This document shows positions 44,053-52,917 of a DNA stretch of 61,425 bases, in pieces. This DNA is from Clostridia bacterium (lineage in GTDB: Bacteria > Bacillota > Clostridia > Christensenellales > CAG-138). Location of the stretch: positions 1 to 61,425 of the forward strand of contig JAFOQN010000036.1 in assembly GCA_017393775.1 (NCBI GenBank). The letters are read 5' to 3'. The first letter of the stretch is position 1, and each line of letters opens with the position of its first letter. Under the pieces are notes generated by a model that was not told where the DNA came from, ran no database searches, and was given only the letters and a program-made list of their open reading frames with translations. The translations under genes and the position numbers were made by a program.

Positions 44053-46098
44053 TTAAAGAAGCTTGCGGAACGCAAGTCCGGTGGTATGCGGTGTTTTCGG
44101 CGGATCGCCGGCAGCTGCCAAACGAATCAGAGAGGCCGCTTCCTCCTTTGATTCAATTGTGAGATAAATCACATAGAAATCCAGCGGCGGCAGCGGTTTG
44201 TCGCACAGATACAGCGGTACGCTGTTCAAAAGCGTGGAATACCGGCGCTCGCGGCAGACACGCGGGAATGTTGCTCCTTTCCGATCGGTCACGACCGGCC
44301 GTCCTTCACACTGCACGCAACCCTTGTTGCTCCGCGCAGGGCAGGAACGGAGCTGCATCAAAGGCAGCCTCCCCGCAACGATCATTCCGAGCGGCAGCAT
44401 GCTCTTCAGATCGCGGATCTTCGGCACGGAAAGCTCGAACGAAACGATCTGTGCCGCAACGCCCATGTCTTGATAGGCTTCGATCGCGTCGCTGTTGGTC
44501 ACGTTAAGTCCGTATCCGCCGATCGGGATCAGTCCCGCTTCTTTCGCCATGCGAACGGCGCCGATGTTTTCCGCAAGCACATACCGTAAGCCGCGTTCCT
44601 TCAATGCGAACAGCAAATCCGTCATCCGCTGTTCTTCGTCGGGATAGATCAAAATCGGGATCTCGCCGACCGTGTGTTCGGTAATGCGTTCCGGATACGT
44701 CGAAAGCACGTCGACCGGAAGGCTGTAATAATCGATCGAAGTATTGTCCGTATACTGCTCTATGGAAGCGAATCGAACAAAAAGCTGCGTCTCGGTATTT
44801 CTCAGCTCTCCCGCAATCGTAAGATCGGACTTTCGAACCGTTCGCTTCGGAATCGACGCACGCGCTTCGTATAATGCTTCAAGCGCGCTGCGTCTCATCG
44901 CGTTCAGCGCAGACGCCGGAAGCATCAGACCTTCGCCGATCTCGCTTTGAAACGCTTCAACCGCAAAGGGCGTCCCGCCCGTTTTGCGCAAGCTCTTCTG
45001 AACCGATTCATCGGTCAGCGGTGAGCGGATCGCGATCTCCGGGATATCGCCCGTCACAGTCAGGCTGTGTGTTCCGTCATCGACCGTGAGCGTTGCGGGG
45101 ATCCCCTCTTTAATCTCAATATGCATCGAGACCGGAACGTCGTTTCTCGGTCCTCTGTAAATGTTTCGAATATCGGAAAGGACGTTCTGCGCCCGCTTTG
45201 CATCCTCCTGCGTTCGCATGCCGAACATGGTATGATTGCGTTTGCCTGTATAATATCCCTCGGTAAAGCCTCCGCGTGAAAAGACGTCGCGCAGCAGCTG
45301 TTCGGAATACGGCTCTCCGTCCCGCACGCGGCGCACGGCATCGACGGCGGCGGCAACATAGTCCGGCGATTTCAGCCGTCCCTCGATCTTCAAAGAGGAA
45401 ATACCGATGTCTCGATAGGTTCCGTAATGCGCAATATGCGACATATCCTTCAGTGAAAGCGCATATTCCGCGCCGTTGCACACGAACGGAAGTCTGCACG
45501 GCTGTGCGCACATACCGCGGTTGCCGCTTCGCTCACCGAGCATGGCAGACAGATAGCAAATCCCCGATGCGCTCATGCAGAGCGCGCCGTGCACAAAGCA
45601 TTCCAGTTCGGCATGCGTCTGTTCACGAATCTTTCGGATCTCATCGATTGAAAGCTCGCGGGCAAGCACAACGCGGGAAAAGCCGAGATCCTCCAGCATC
45701 TTGACGCCAGAGGCATTGTGAACCGCCATCTGCGTCGATCCATGCAGCTGCAGATCGGGGCAGATCTGCTTTGCAAGACGCATCACAGTCAGATCCTGCA
45801 CAATGATCGCGTCCGCACCGGATTCTGCGATCTCCGTGAGCGTATCCGCAACGTCCGCTCTTTCTTCATCCCGCACAAGCGTATTGACCGTGACATGCAC
45901 GTTCACGCCATGCGCATGACAGAAGCGAACGGCTTCCGTAAGACGTTCGCCGGTGAACTGTCCCGCATTTCTGCGCGCGTTGCATGCGCCGGCGCCGAAA
46001 TAGACCGCATCTGCGCCTGCGTATACCGCAGCCTCCAGCGATCCTTCCGTTCCGACGGGCGCCAGTATTTCCGGATTGTCAGCATTTTTTCTTTTCAT
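44053..46098 (-). CDS. U32-family peptidase-like protein (long, two-module form)
   Basis: ~680 aa with the U32 signature ECFVHGALCMSASGICYLS. The ATG is at 46098, and a TTG lies one codon upstream. Confidence 0.85.
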   Translation of the reverse strand: MKRKNADNPEILAPVGTEGSLEAAVYAGADAVYFGAGACNARRNAGQFTGERLTEAVRFCHAHGVNVHVTVNTLVRDEERADVADTLTEIAESGADAIIVQDLTVMRLAKQICPDLQLHGSTQMAVHNASGVKMLEDLGFSRVVLARELSIDEIRKIREQTHAELECFVHGALCMSASGICYLSAMLGERSGNRGMCAQPCRLPFVCNGAEYALSLKDMSHIAHYGTYRDIGISSLKIEGRLKSPDYVAAAVDAVRRVRDGEPYSEQLLRDVFSRGGFTEGYYTGKRNHTMFGMRTQEDAKRAQNVLSDIRNIYRGPRNDVPVSMHIEIKEGIPATLTVDDGTHSLTVTGDIPEIAIRSPLTDESVQKSLRKTGGTPFAVEAFQSEIGEGLMLPASALNAMRRSALEALYEARASIPKRTVRKSDLTIAGELRNTETQLFVRFASIEQYTDNTSIDYYSLPVDVLSTYPERITEHTVGEIPILIYPDEEQRMTDLLFALKERGLRYVLAENIGAVRMAKEAGLIPIGGYGLNVTNSDAIEAYQDMGVAAQIVSFELSVPKIRDLKSMLPLGMIVAGRLPLMQLRSCPARSNKGCVQCEGRPVVTDRKGATFPRVCRERRYSTLLNSVPLYLCDKPLPPLDFYVIYLTIESKEEAASLIRLAAAGDPPKTPHTTGLAFRKLL

Positions 46099-46148
46099 CA
46101 AATCCTATTATATCGTTCGAAAAAGCGTTTTGCAACCGCATTTTTCTC

Positions 46149-46177
46149 TTGCCAACGTGACGCGCATTTGGTAGAAT
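46149..46177 (+). promoter_or_regulatory. sigma-A promoter (extended -10) for the 46207-48339 gene set
   Basis: TTGCCA (46149-46154), a 17-nt spacer, then TGg-TAGAAT (-10 at 46172-46177). Confidence 0.55.
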
Positions 46178-46206
46178 AGGTGCGAATCAAACGGAGGATA
46201 CAATCC

Positions 46207-47148
46207 ATGGAAGACAATGACGATCAGGTCCGGCAGAGCACGCCGCAGACCGCCGCTCCTATAGAAACCCCGAAGAGAAAACGCCGCCTCGGCGACCGTC
46301 CGGACGGTTATCGTCTGCGCTCGCTGCAGCCGATGTCCAAAGTCTCGCCGTATATCATGCCCAACCGTTCCGGCGCGAGCGTGTATTTTCATGAATCGAT
46401 CGAAATCACCGAAGCGGAAAACTATATCCGCAAAAAGAGAAATCAAGGACTCAAGGGCTTCGGCATGATGCATCTGCTGCTTGCCGCTTATGTGCGGGTC
46501 ATCTCCCAGCGTCCGGCGGCGAACCGCTTCATCTCCGGTCAGCGCATCTATTCGCACGATAACGACCTTGTTGTTTGCCTTACCATCAAGCGCGATATGA
46601 CGCTGGATGCGGAAGAAACCATTGTGAAGGTCCATTTTTCACCGACCGACACCGCCGACGACGTATACCATAAGCTGCAAAAGCTGATCGACGAAAACCG
46701 CGAAGCGAATCCGGACAGCAATTTCGACAATACGGCGAAAATCTTCAACTATATCCCCGGCCTGTTGCTGAAAAACGCCGTCTGGCTTCTGAAGGTACTT
46801 GACTATTTCGGATTGATGCCGAAAAGTCTGATCGAAGTCAGCCCGTTTCACGGCTCGATGTTTATTACGTCGATGGGATCTTTGGGTATTCCACCGGTTT
46901 TCCACCATCTCTATGATTTCGGCAACATTCCGGTCTTTCTTTCATTCGGCGCAAAGTATAAGCAAACCGAGCTGAAGCCGGACGGGACGCCGGTCCAACG
47001 TAAGTATATCGACTACAACATCGTCTGCGACGAGCGTATTTGCGACGGGTTTTATCTCGCTTCGTCCTTTAAGCTCTTCAAAACGTACTTCCGCAACCCG
47101 CATGTGTTAGATGAAAAGCCTGCGGCGGTCATTCACGATGTCGACTGA
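46207..47148 (+). CDS. 2-oxoacid dehydrogenase E2 / CAT-fold acyltransferase-like protein with a variant active-site motif
   Basis: The start at 46207 (MEDNDDQ) has a GGAGG RBS. The C-terminal NIVCDERICDGFYLASSFKLF aligns by eye with the E2 catalytic DHRxxDG...F motif, but Glu replaces the His. Confidence 0.65.
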   Translation: MEDNDDQVRQSTPQTAAPIETPKRKRRLGDRPDGYRLRSLQPMSKVSPYIMPNRSGASVYFHESIEITEAENYIRKKRNQGLKGFGMMHLLLAAYVRVISQRPAANRFISGQRIYSHDNDLVVCLTIKRDMTLDAEETIVKVHFSPTDTADDVYHKLQKLIDENREANPDSNFDNTAKIFNYIPGLLLKNAVWLLKVLDYFGLMPKSLIEVSPFHGSMFITSMGSLGIPPVFHHLYDFGNIPVFLSFGAKYKQTELKPDGTPVQRKYIDYNIVCDERICDGFYLASSFKLFKTYFRNPHVLDEKPAAVIHDVD

Positions 47149-47767
47149 TAAACGGAAAAAGAAGCCCCGCATCCCGCGGGTCGAGCGCATCAAGATCATC
47201 GAATACGGCTGTATCGGTCTTGTAATCGCGTTGTTTTTGGGACTTGCGATCTTCTACGGCGGAAAGGCGCGCATTGCAGACATTCCCGAAGCGGAAGCCG
47301 TTTCCTCGCCCGTTCCGACAGACGACCGTTCAATTCGCGGCAAGAAAATTCTCGATGCGATCGAGGTTTCATCCTTCCGGTTGAGCTATCAGCAGGATCA
47401 CTATGATCTTGTATCGCAAAATAATATTTTGATCGAAATGCGCATGCAGTCCGACGATACGGGATTGCAGCGCCTTTCCTTTGAAACGCCGCTCTGCGCG
47501 GATCCGGATGACAAAGGAACGATTGCGGATACCGTAAAAGAGCAGAACAGAAACACAGTCGAAGCTTTGCGGGACCTGCTTGATCTGATCATGCCGGTCC
47601 TCCGCCGCAACGTGTCGGACAGCGACACAATCGTGAAGCGCTGTAAAGATGTCGTAAAAAGCGGTGAGCCGTATTCCAAGCACATGGGACAGTTTACGGT
47701 GCGTATTCACTCCGATCCGGACGAGATTCCGCAAACCGTTGTCATCGAATGGATCCGGGATCCGTAA
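47138..47767 (+). CDS. hypothetical membrane-anchored protein
   Basis: The start at 47138 (MSTDKRKKKPRIP) overlaps the upstream stop by 11 nt. It has one TM segment (CIGLVIALFLGLAIFYG). I recognise no family. Confidence 0.6.
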   Translation: MSTDKRKKKPRIPRVERIKIIEYGCIGLVIALFLGLAIFYGGKARIADIPEAEAVSSPVPTDDRSIRGKKILDAIEVSSFRLSYQQDHYDLVSQNNILIEMRMQSDDTGLQRLSFETPLCADPDDKGTIADTVKEQNRNTVEALRDLLDLIMPVLRRNVSDSDTIVKRCKDVVKSGEPYSKHMGQFTVRIHSDPDEIPQTVVIEWIRDP

Positions 47768-47796
47768 AAAAGCTGCCGTGACCGACAGCTTTTCAT
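47768..47796 (+). terminator. hairpin / possible weak terminator
   Basis: AAAGCTG...CAGCTTTT stem followed by CATCGTTTT. The next gene starts 20 nt later, so it may only attenuate. Confidence 0.35.
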
Positions 47797-47817
47797 CGTT
47801 TTACAGGAGAGGTTTTT

Positions 47818-48339
47818 ATGCGTCATATTCTGATCGTCGGACGCAACGGCGTCGGTAAATCCACATTGATCCGTGCGCTGATCGAAGCAATCCCCGTCCC
47901 GGTCGACGGCTTTCTGACAAAGAAGGAAGTTCCCGGACCGGACGGATTCTGCCCCGTCTATATTCATGCGTACCGTGCGCCGAAACAGTTCAGCGCGGAA
48001 AACTGCATCGGTCTTTGCCGTGAAGGACAGAGCATTGCTTTTCCGGAAGCGTTTGATCGCTTTGCCGATACGATGCGGCTTCCGCAAAACGGTGTGATCG
48101 TGTTCGATGAGCTTGGATTTCTGGAGAGCAACGCACTGCGCTTCACCGAAGCGATCCTCCGTACGCTCGACGATGCGCCGTTCGTGATCGCCGCCGTGCG
48201 GGATAAGCATACGCCGTTCCTTGACGCCGTGCGCTCACATCCGCGCGCCGACGTTTACCGCATCGATGAAAGCAGCCGCGACCGCCTGCGGGAAACGCTT
48301 TTATCGAATCTGCCTGCGCTTCTTCCGGATCTTTTCTGA
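47818..48339 (+). CDS. small P-loop NTPase (THEP1/COG1618-like)
   Basis: 173 aa with Walker A VGRNGVGKST, Walker B VIVFDELG and an AGGAGAGG RBS. Confidence 0.7.
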   Translation: MRHILIVGRNGVGKSTLIRALIEAIPVPVDGFLTKKEVPGPDGFCPVYIHAYRAPKQFSAENCIGLCREGQSIAFPEAFDRFADTMRLPQNGVIVFDELGFLESNALRFTEAILRTLDDAPFVIAAVRDKHTPFLDAVRSHPRADVYRIDESSRDRLRETLLSNLPALLPDLF

Positions 48340-49107
48340 TCAGTCTTCCCCGTCGCTTTCCGACACGGTTTCTCCTCTCGACTGCTTCAGCCGCATACGG
48401 TCCCACAAGCCGTATTTTTCCGTATTGGTGATCGCATGCATCATCTTGATGTCCGCGTCCGGTACGATCGTGCAAAGATATTTGATCAGCTCCTTTGCCT
48501 CTTCGCGCTTGGTATTGCCCGCAATGTCGCAGTTGGGAGGCAGTACCGGAAGCTCCATCTGCTTTGCAACAGACAGACAGTACTTTTCAGGGACATAAAT
48601 CATCGGGCGGATCACGGTGACGTCGCTTCTTGAAAGATATGTGATCGGCGCGAAGGTGTTCATCCTTCCCTCATACAGCATCGACATCAAAAATGTTTCA
48701 AGCACATCCTCGCGATTGTGCCCGAGCGCGACCTTGTTGCAGCCTCGCTGTTTTGCGGCGTTGTTCAGCGCGCCGCGTCTCAGCTTTGCACACAGTGCAC
48801 AGGGAGAACGTTCCGCGCGGTATTCAAAGACGACCTTGCCGATCTCGGTCGGGATCACTTCAAACGGGATACCGATCCTTTCTGCATATTCCCGGATCGG
48901 CGCGGTATTCTGATACTTCAAGCCGAGATCCAGCATCACCGCGATAACATCGAATTCTGTACGGGAAAATCGCTGATACAGCTTCATTGCCTGCATCAAA
49001 AGCAGGGAATCCTTTCCGCCGGATACACCGATGCAGATCTTGTCCCCGTCTTCGATCATTCGAAACTTTTCATCCGCCCTGCGAATGCTGCCCAATATGC
49101 GTTTCAT
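48340..49107 (-). CDS. ttcA: tRNA 2-thiocytidine biosynthesis protein TtcA-like PP-loop ATPase
   Basis: PP-loop GVSGGKDS and CALCAKLRRG. The start at 49107 (MKRILGSIRRA) has a GGAGGAA RBS. The longest ORF starts at 49329. Confidence 0.85.
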   Translation of the reverse strand: MKRILGSIRRADEKFRMIEDGDKICIGVSGGKDSLLLMQAMKLYQRFSRTEFDVIAVMLDLGLKYQNTAPIREYAERIGIPFEVIPTEIGKVVFEYRAERSPCALCAKLRRGALNNAAKQRGCNKVALGHNREDVLETFLMSMLYEGRMNTFAPITYLSRSDVTVIRPMIYVPEKYCLSVAKQMELPVLPPNCDIAGNTKREEAKELIKYLCTIVPDADIKMMHAITNTEKYGLWDRMRLKQSRGETVSESDGED

Positions 49108-49210
49108 GTTCTGTTCCTCCGCCGTTCCAGTATACCTTAGTTTCGAATCGATGTAAAGCGTTGAAAATACGTTATAAATGTAAAGGAAGAATGAAATAAT
49201 CGCAGAAACA

Positions 49211-49239
49211 TTGCGATTCCTTTGATTCTTTGTTATACT
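49211..49239 (+). promoter_or_regulatory. sigma-A promoter (extended -10) for mntP
   Basis: TTGCGA (49211-49216), a 17-nt spacer, then TGt-TATACT (-10 at 49234-49239). Confidence 0.5.
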
Positions 49240-49264
49240 GAAAAAGATCGTTTGGGAGGCCTTT

Positions 49265-49906
49265 ATGAGCTTTACGGATATTCTGCTGATCGGCGTCGGG
49301 CTGTCAATGGATGCGTTTGCCGTGTCCATGTGTCAAGGCGTTTCCATGAAAAAACTGGACCTCAGGCGTGCGGCGCTTATCGCGTTGTTTTTCGGCGGAT
49401 TCCAGGCGTTGATGCCGCTTCTCGGCTTTGCGCTCGGCTCGACCTTTGCTTCCGCCGTGACGATCGGTCCGTGGATCGCCGCTGCGCTTCTGCTTGTTCT
49501 CGGCGTCAAAATGCTGATCGAAGGCATTCGTGACAAGGATGATGCACCTTCGGACGTCGGCACGGTCGGTCGTCTGTTTGTTCTTGCGATCGCAACGAGC
49601 ATCGATGCGTTCGCGGTCGGCGTTTCCTTTTCCATGCAGGAGGGCATCGTCTGGTTCGGAAACGGCACCGGCATCTTTACCGTCATCGCGGTGATCGGCG
49701 CAACGACCTTCATTCTTTCGCTGATCGGCGTCATGATCGGGAATCGATTCGGCTTGAAATACCATCGCCTTGCCACGATTCTCGGCGGCGTCATTCTGGT
49801 CCTGATCGGCGTTAAAGTTTTGCTGGAAGCACTCGGTATTCTGCCGGATTTTCTGCGTTGTGAATCGGTATCCGCTGCAGCGTGTCCGCATATCATTTGT
49901 TTATGA
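49265..49906 (+). CDS. mntP: manganese efflux pump MntP
   Basis: 213 aa with 6 TM segments and a duplicated DAFAV motif (GLSMDAFAVS, ATSIDAFAVG). Confidence 0.85.
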   Translation: MSFTDILLIGVGLSMDAFAVSMCQGVSMKKLDLRRAALIALFFGGFQALMPLLGFALGSTFASAVTIGPWIAAALLLVLGVKMLIEGIRDKDDAPSDVGTVGRLFVLAIATSIDAFAVGVSFSMQEGIVWFGNGTGIFTVIAVIGATTFILSLIGVMIGNRFGLKYHRLATILGGVILVLIGVKVLLEALGILPDFLRCESVSAAACPHIICL

Positions 49907-50958
49907 AAAGAAAAGTATCTCTGAAAACCTTTATACCAGCCATGCTGCTGATCCTGGTCTTTATCGCATTGGCGATCGTGACCGGATACGCATTGTCTTT
50001 GAGAAGCCGTACCGCTGCGCAAGTCACGGCAATTTCTTCCACTGCAATGCCGGTCGAAACCGACCGCCCGCTGCGTACGGCTCAACCTGCAATGCCTTCC
50101 CCTGCGCCGACGGTTGAACCGCTTATTGCAGTTGAAGCGGATGACGGGAATAATCCCGGGGACACGGAAGAGCCCTTTTGGTCGGACGGCGTGCTCTTTC
50201 TAAACGATACATACCGCAGTCCCGACGTGTCCGTTACCTTAACGGTAAAAGAGGATTCGGAACTGTTCAACAAAAAGCTGATCTATTACGTTGCCGATGT
50301 TCATGTCTCCGACGTGACGCTGCTCCGGACCGGCTGCAACAGCGGGAGTTTTAAAAGAGCAGGTCACGGAGAGTTCAGTTCCATTGCTAAAAGAGAGAAC
50401 GCGTTGGTTGCGATCTCCGGTGACTACTGTCCTGCACTCATCGTTCGAAACGGCGAATTGTTCCAAAGGAAAATCAGTGAAAACGATATTTGCCTGCTGC
50501 TCAAAAACGGTGAAATGGTAACTATGAGCAGCAATGAAGCCAGCATCAACAAGATCATGGAAATGGATCCCTGGCAGGGTTGGCAGTTCGGTCCCGCCTT
50601 ATTTGATAAAAAAGGAAATCCGATCAAATCCTTCCCGGACGTCGGTATCACCGTAACGAATCCGCGCAGCTGCATCGGTTATATCGAACCCGGGCATTAC
50701 TGTCTTGTGGTTGTAGACGGCAGACAGAAAGCCTCCCGCGGAGCGACGCTTCCGGAGCTTGCAAAGCTCATGCAATCGCTCGGCTGCAAGCAGGCTTATA
50801 ATCTGGACGGCGGCGCTTCCGCGCATTTTTACTGGAAGGATTCGACTCTCAACCATCCGAGCGGCGGCGGGCGCGTAGTTGCCGACATCGTTTATGTTGC
50901 ATATGAACCATACCCCACATCCCGGTTCTATTGCGGAAAGGCGGGCCTCTCCAAATGA
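49903..50958 (+). CDS. phosphodiester glycosidase family (DUF2233/NAGPA-like) protein, membrane anchored
   Basis: The start at 49903 overlaps the mntP stop as ATGA. It has an N-terminal TM segment and C-terminal YNLDGGASAHFYW. Confidence 0.75.
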   Translation: MKRKVSLKTFIPAMLLILVFIALAIVTGYALSLRSRTAAQVTAISSTAMPVETDRPLRTAQPAMPSPAPTVEPLIAVEADDGNNPGDTEEPFWSDGVLFLNDTYRSPDVSVTLTVKEDSELFNKKLIYYVADVHVSDVTLLRTGCNSGSFKRAGHGEFSSIAKRENALVAISGDYCPALIVRNGELFQRKISENDICLLLKNGEMVTMSSNEASINKIMEMDPWQGWQFGPALFDKKGNPIKSFPDVGITVTNPRSCIGYIEPGHYCLVVVDGRQKASRGATLPELAKLMQSLGCKQAYNLDGGASAHFYWKDSTLNHPSGGGRVVADIVYVAYEPYPTSRFYCGKAGLSK

Positions 50959-52001
50959 AGCGTACACTTTTCATCATAGTCCTGCTGTCTGTTCTGCTCT
51001 TCGATGCGTGCAGCGGACCGCAAACGGTCGAATCAACGCCGGAACCGATCGTAACCATCGAACCGGAACCGGTTGTTGAGGAAGAGCTGACGGTCGTGAC
51101 GCCGGAACCGACCGCTACGCCGGAACCGCCGACACCGACGCCGGAACCGACGCCGACGCCGGAACCGACGCCGACCCCCACCCCTTCGCCGACGTCGGAG
51201 CCGGAGGGCTTGATCGATTGGAGCGTCGGCGGATTCGTCCCGCGCGAGGAACAAACCGTGACCGATACGGAATACGTCGGTGAGAATCTGCACTTTACTG
51301 TGTCAACCGTTTCGGACAACGAGCTGTTTCATCACAAGCTGACCTACTACGTCGTCGACATCTATCTGCGTGACATCCGCTGCCTGCGTACGGCTGCGGC
51401 AAAGGATTTCAATTCTAAGTCCCGCGATACGGTATTGAAAATTGCCGAACGGGCCAATGCACTTGCCGCGATCTCCGGCGATATGTTCAATGCACACAAC
51501 CACCAGCTTGTGATCCGCAACGGCGAGATTTACGACACAAGGACGTATGATAACTGGGAGGTCTGCTTCCTGTATGTGGACGGGACCATGGAAACGATGA
51601 CCGTCGAAGCGTATAAAGCGAACGGTCCTTTAAAGGAGGTCTGGCAGGCATGGGAGTTCGGCCCCTCCCTGCTCGGCGAAAACGGGCAGGCAAAGACTTC
51701 GTTCCCGCATTCAAATGTCAAGCCGCTCAATCCGCGCTGCGCCATCGGCTATTATGAGCCCGGGCATTACTGCTTCGTCACGGTTGACGGACGTCAGAAG
51801 CATTCCGAAGGACTTGAAATGAAGGAGCTTTCCAAGCTGATGGAAATGCTCGGATGCAAAATGGCGTTCAATCTGGACGGCGGCGAATCCGCATCGCTCT
51901 ACTGGAACGGCGGCATTTTCAGCAAGCCCTGCAACGGCGGACGGGAAATGGCGGATATTGTGTATCTGATCGATTACCAGGAAGAAGAACCTGCTCTTTG
52001 A
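50955..52001 (+). CDS. phosphodiester glycosidase family protein, lipoprotein paralogue
   Basis: The start at 50955 overlaps the upstream stop as ATGA. It has a lipobox (LLFDAC), a TPEPTPTPEP linker (about 51098-51205) and FNLDGGESASLYW. Confidence 0.75.
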   Translation: MKRTLFIIVLLSVLLFDACSGPQTVESTPEPIVTIEPEPVVEEELTVVTPEPTATPEPPTPTPEPTPTPEPTPTPTPSPTSEPEGLIDWSVGGFVPREEQTVTDTEYVGENLHFTVSTVSDNELFHHKLTYYVVDIYLRDIRCLRTAAAKDFNSKSRDTVLKIAERANALAAISGDMFNAHNHQLVIRNGEIYDTRTYDNWEVCFLYVDGTMETMTVEAYKANGPLKEVWQAWEFGPSLLGENGQAKTSFPHSNVKPLNPRCAIGYYEPGHYCFVTVDGRQKHSEGLEMKELSKLMEMLGCKMAFNLDGGESASLYWNGGIFSKPCNGGREMADIVYLIDYQEEEPAL

Positions 52002-52002
52002 T

Positions 52003-52040
52003 AAAAGCGGCGGTTTCCGATCGAAACCGCCGCTTTTTTT
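52003..52040. terminator. bidirectional intrinsic terminator
   Basis: An 11-bp stem GCGGCGGTTTC/GAAACCGCCGC (52007-52017, 52023-52033) is flanked by AAAA and TTTTTTT. Confidence 0.8.
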
Positions 52041-52503
52041 ATAACTTCATTTCCATGTATCTTCGATACGTTTTAAATCCCACTGCTTCATAAAAAGCGA
52101 GTGCATCTTGATTGAACTCCCACATATTGAGTTCGATCCGATCGAAGCCATGTGACTTTGCAAACGCACGGATAAACGCGATCATCTCCGTTGCTGTGCC
52201 TGTTCTGCGATATGCTTCGTCTACGCAAAACTCGTCGATGTCCAGAAAGTCACGCGCGTTCATAAAAGGGTTTTCCGGTCGATGGATATGATGCAGTATC
52301 GCAAATCCGCATATCACGCCATCCCGCGCATTGACGACGATTCTTTGATCCGGATCGTTCCAAACGGTATAGATATGTTCGGCAAGCTCCTTTGAAAAGC
52401 CGGGCTTGAAGATCTTCGGCTCTCCTTTGACGTGCAGATCGTTAACCTGTTTTCGAAGCTCGTTTACACGGTCGAGCTCGTGTTCTTCTGCAAACCGTAC
52501 CAG
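52039..52503 (-). CDS. GNAT-family N-acetyltransferase; the full-length frame has no ATG/GTG/TTG start (CTG candidate at 52503)
   Basis: The track ORF (GTG 52317) covers only the C-terminal 92 aa. The same frame is open back to the upstream gene's TGA (52516-52518). It encodes a complete ~154-aa GNAT (LVRFAEEHELDRVNELRKQV...VDEAYRRTGTATEM...). An AGGAG RBS sits 7 nt before the CTG. Confidence 0.6.
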   Translation of the reverse strand: MVRFAEEHELDRVNELRKQVNDLHVKGEPKIFKPGFSKELAEHIYTVWNDPDQRIVVNARDGVICGFAILHHIHRPENPFMNARDFLDIDEFCVDEAYRRTGTATEMIAFIRAFAKSHGFDRIELNMWEFNQDALAFYEAVGFKTYRRYMEMKL

Positions 52504-52515
52504 TTCCTTTCTCCT

Positions 52516-52917
52516 TCAGATCCGCATGAACCCGCAGCAGCCGAATTCCGAGAGCGGACGAAATCCCATGGCTTTATAAAACGCTTTCGTTTCCGGTGTA
52601 TCGTCCGTCGCAAGCTCGATCTGCCGTACATGTTTGAACCGGTCGAGAATCTCCCGTACAAGCGCCGTACCGACGCCTCTGCGCTGATATGCAGGAAATA
52701 CGAGAATATCCTGAATGAACACGATCGTTTCTCCGTCGCCCACGCAGCGGATGATTCCCGTTAGCGCATCTTCTTCATACGCCGCAAGGACGAGCAGAGA
52801 CTGTGTAAAACCGCGTTCGAGCGCAGCAAGATCGTCCGTATATGCCGTCCAGCCGACAGCCGTATACAAATCAGCGATCTCACCTTTATCAAATGCTTTA
52901 TATTCTTTTATTTCCAT
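52516..52917 (-). CDS. GNAT-family N-acetyltransferase
   Basis: 133 aa with the acetyl-CoA motif AYQRRGVGTAL. Confidence 0.85.
   Translation of the reverse strand: MEIKEYKAFDKGEIADLYTAVGWTAYTDDLAALERGFTQSLLVLAAYEEDALTGIIRCVGDGETIVFIQDILVFPAYQRRGVGTALVREILDRFKHVRQIELATDDTPETKAFYKAMGFRPLSEFGCCGFMRI

Noticed and set aside
46108-46635. 175-aa minus-strand ORF overlapping the promoter and 5' part of the E2-like gene.
   Set aside because: It lies antisense to a CDS with a good RBS, promoter and family motif. It has no RBS and no recognisable motifs.
49108-49264. Expected yybP-ykoY manganese riboswitch upstream of mntP.
   Set aside because: The candidate promoter -10 lies only about 25 nt from the start codon. 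The region lacks the conserved GGGGAGUAG and GAGACA-type elements, so there is no room for a ~100-nt aptamer.
51098-51205. Short periodic GCCGGAACCGAC repeats (and the 15466-15712 repeats) as a possible CRISPR or satellite array.
   Set aside because: The repeats are in frame within CDS and encode Pro/Thr/Glu linkers. There are no unique spacers of uniform length, no leader and no cas genes.
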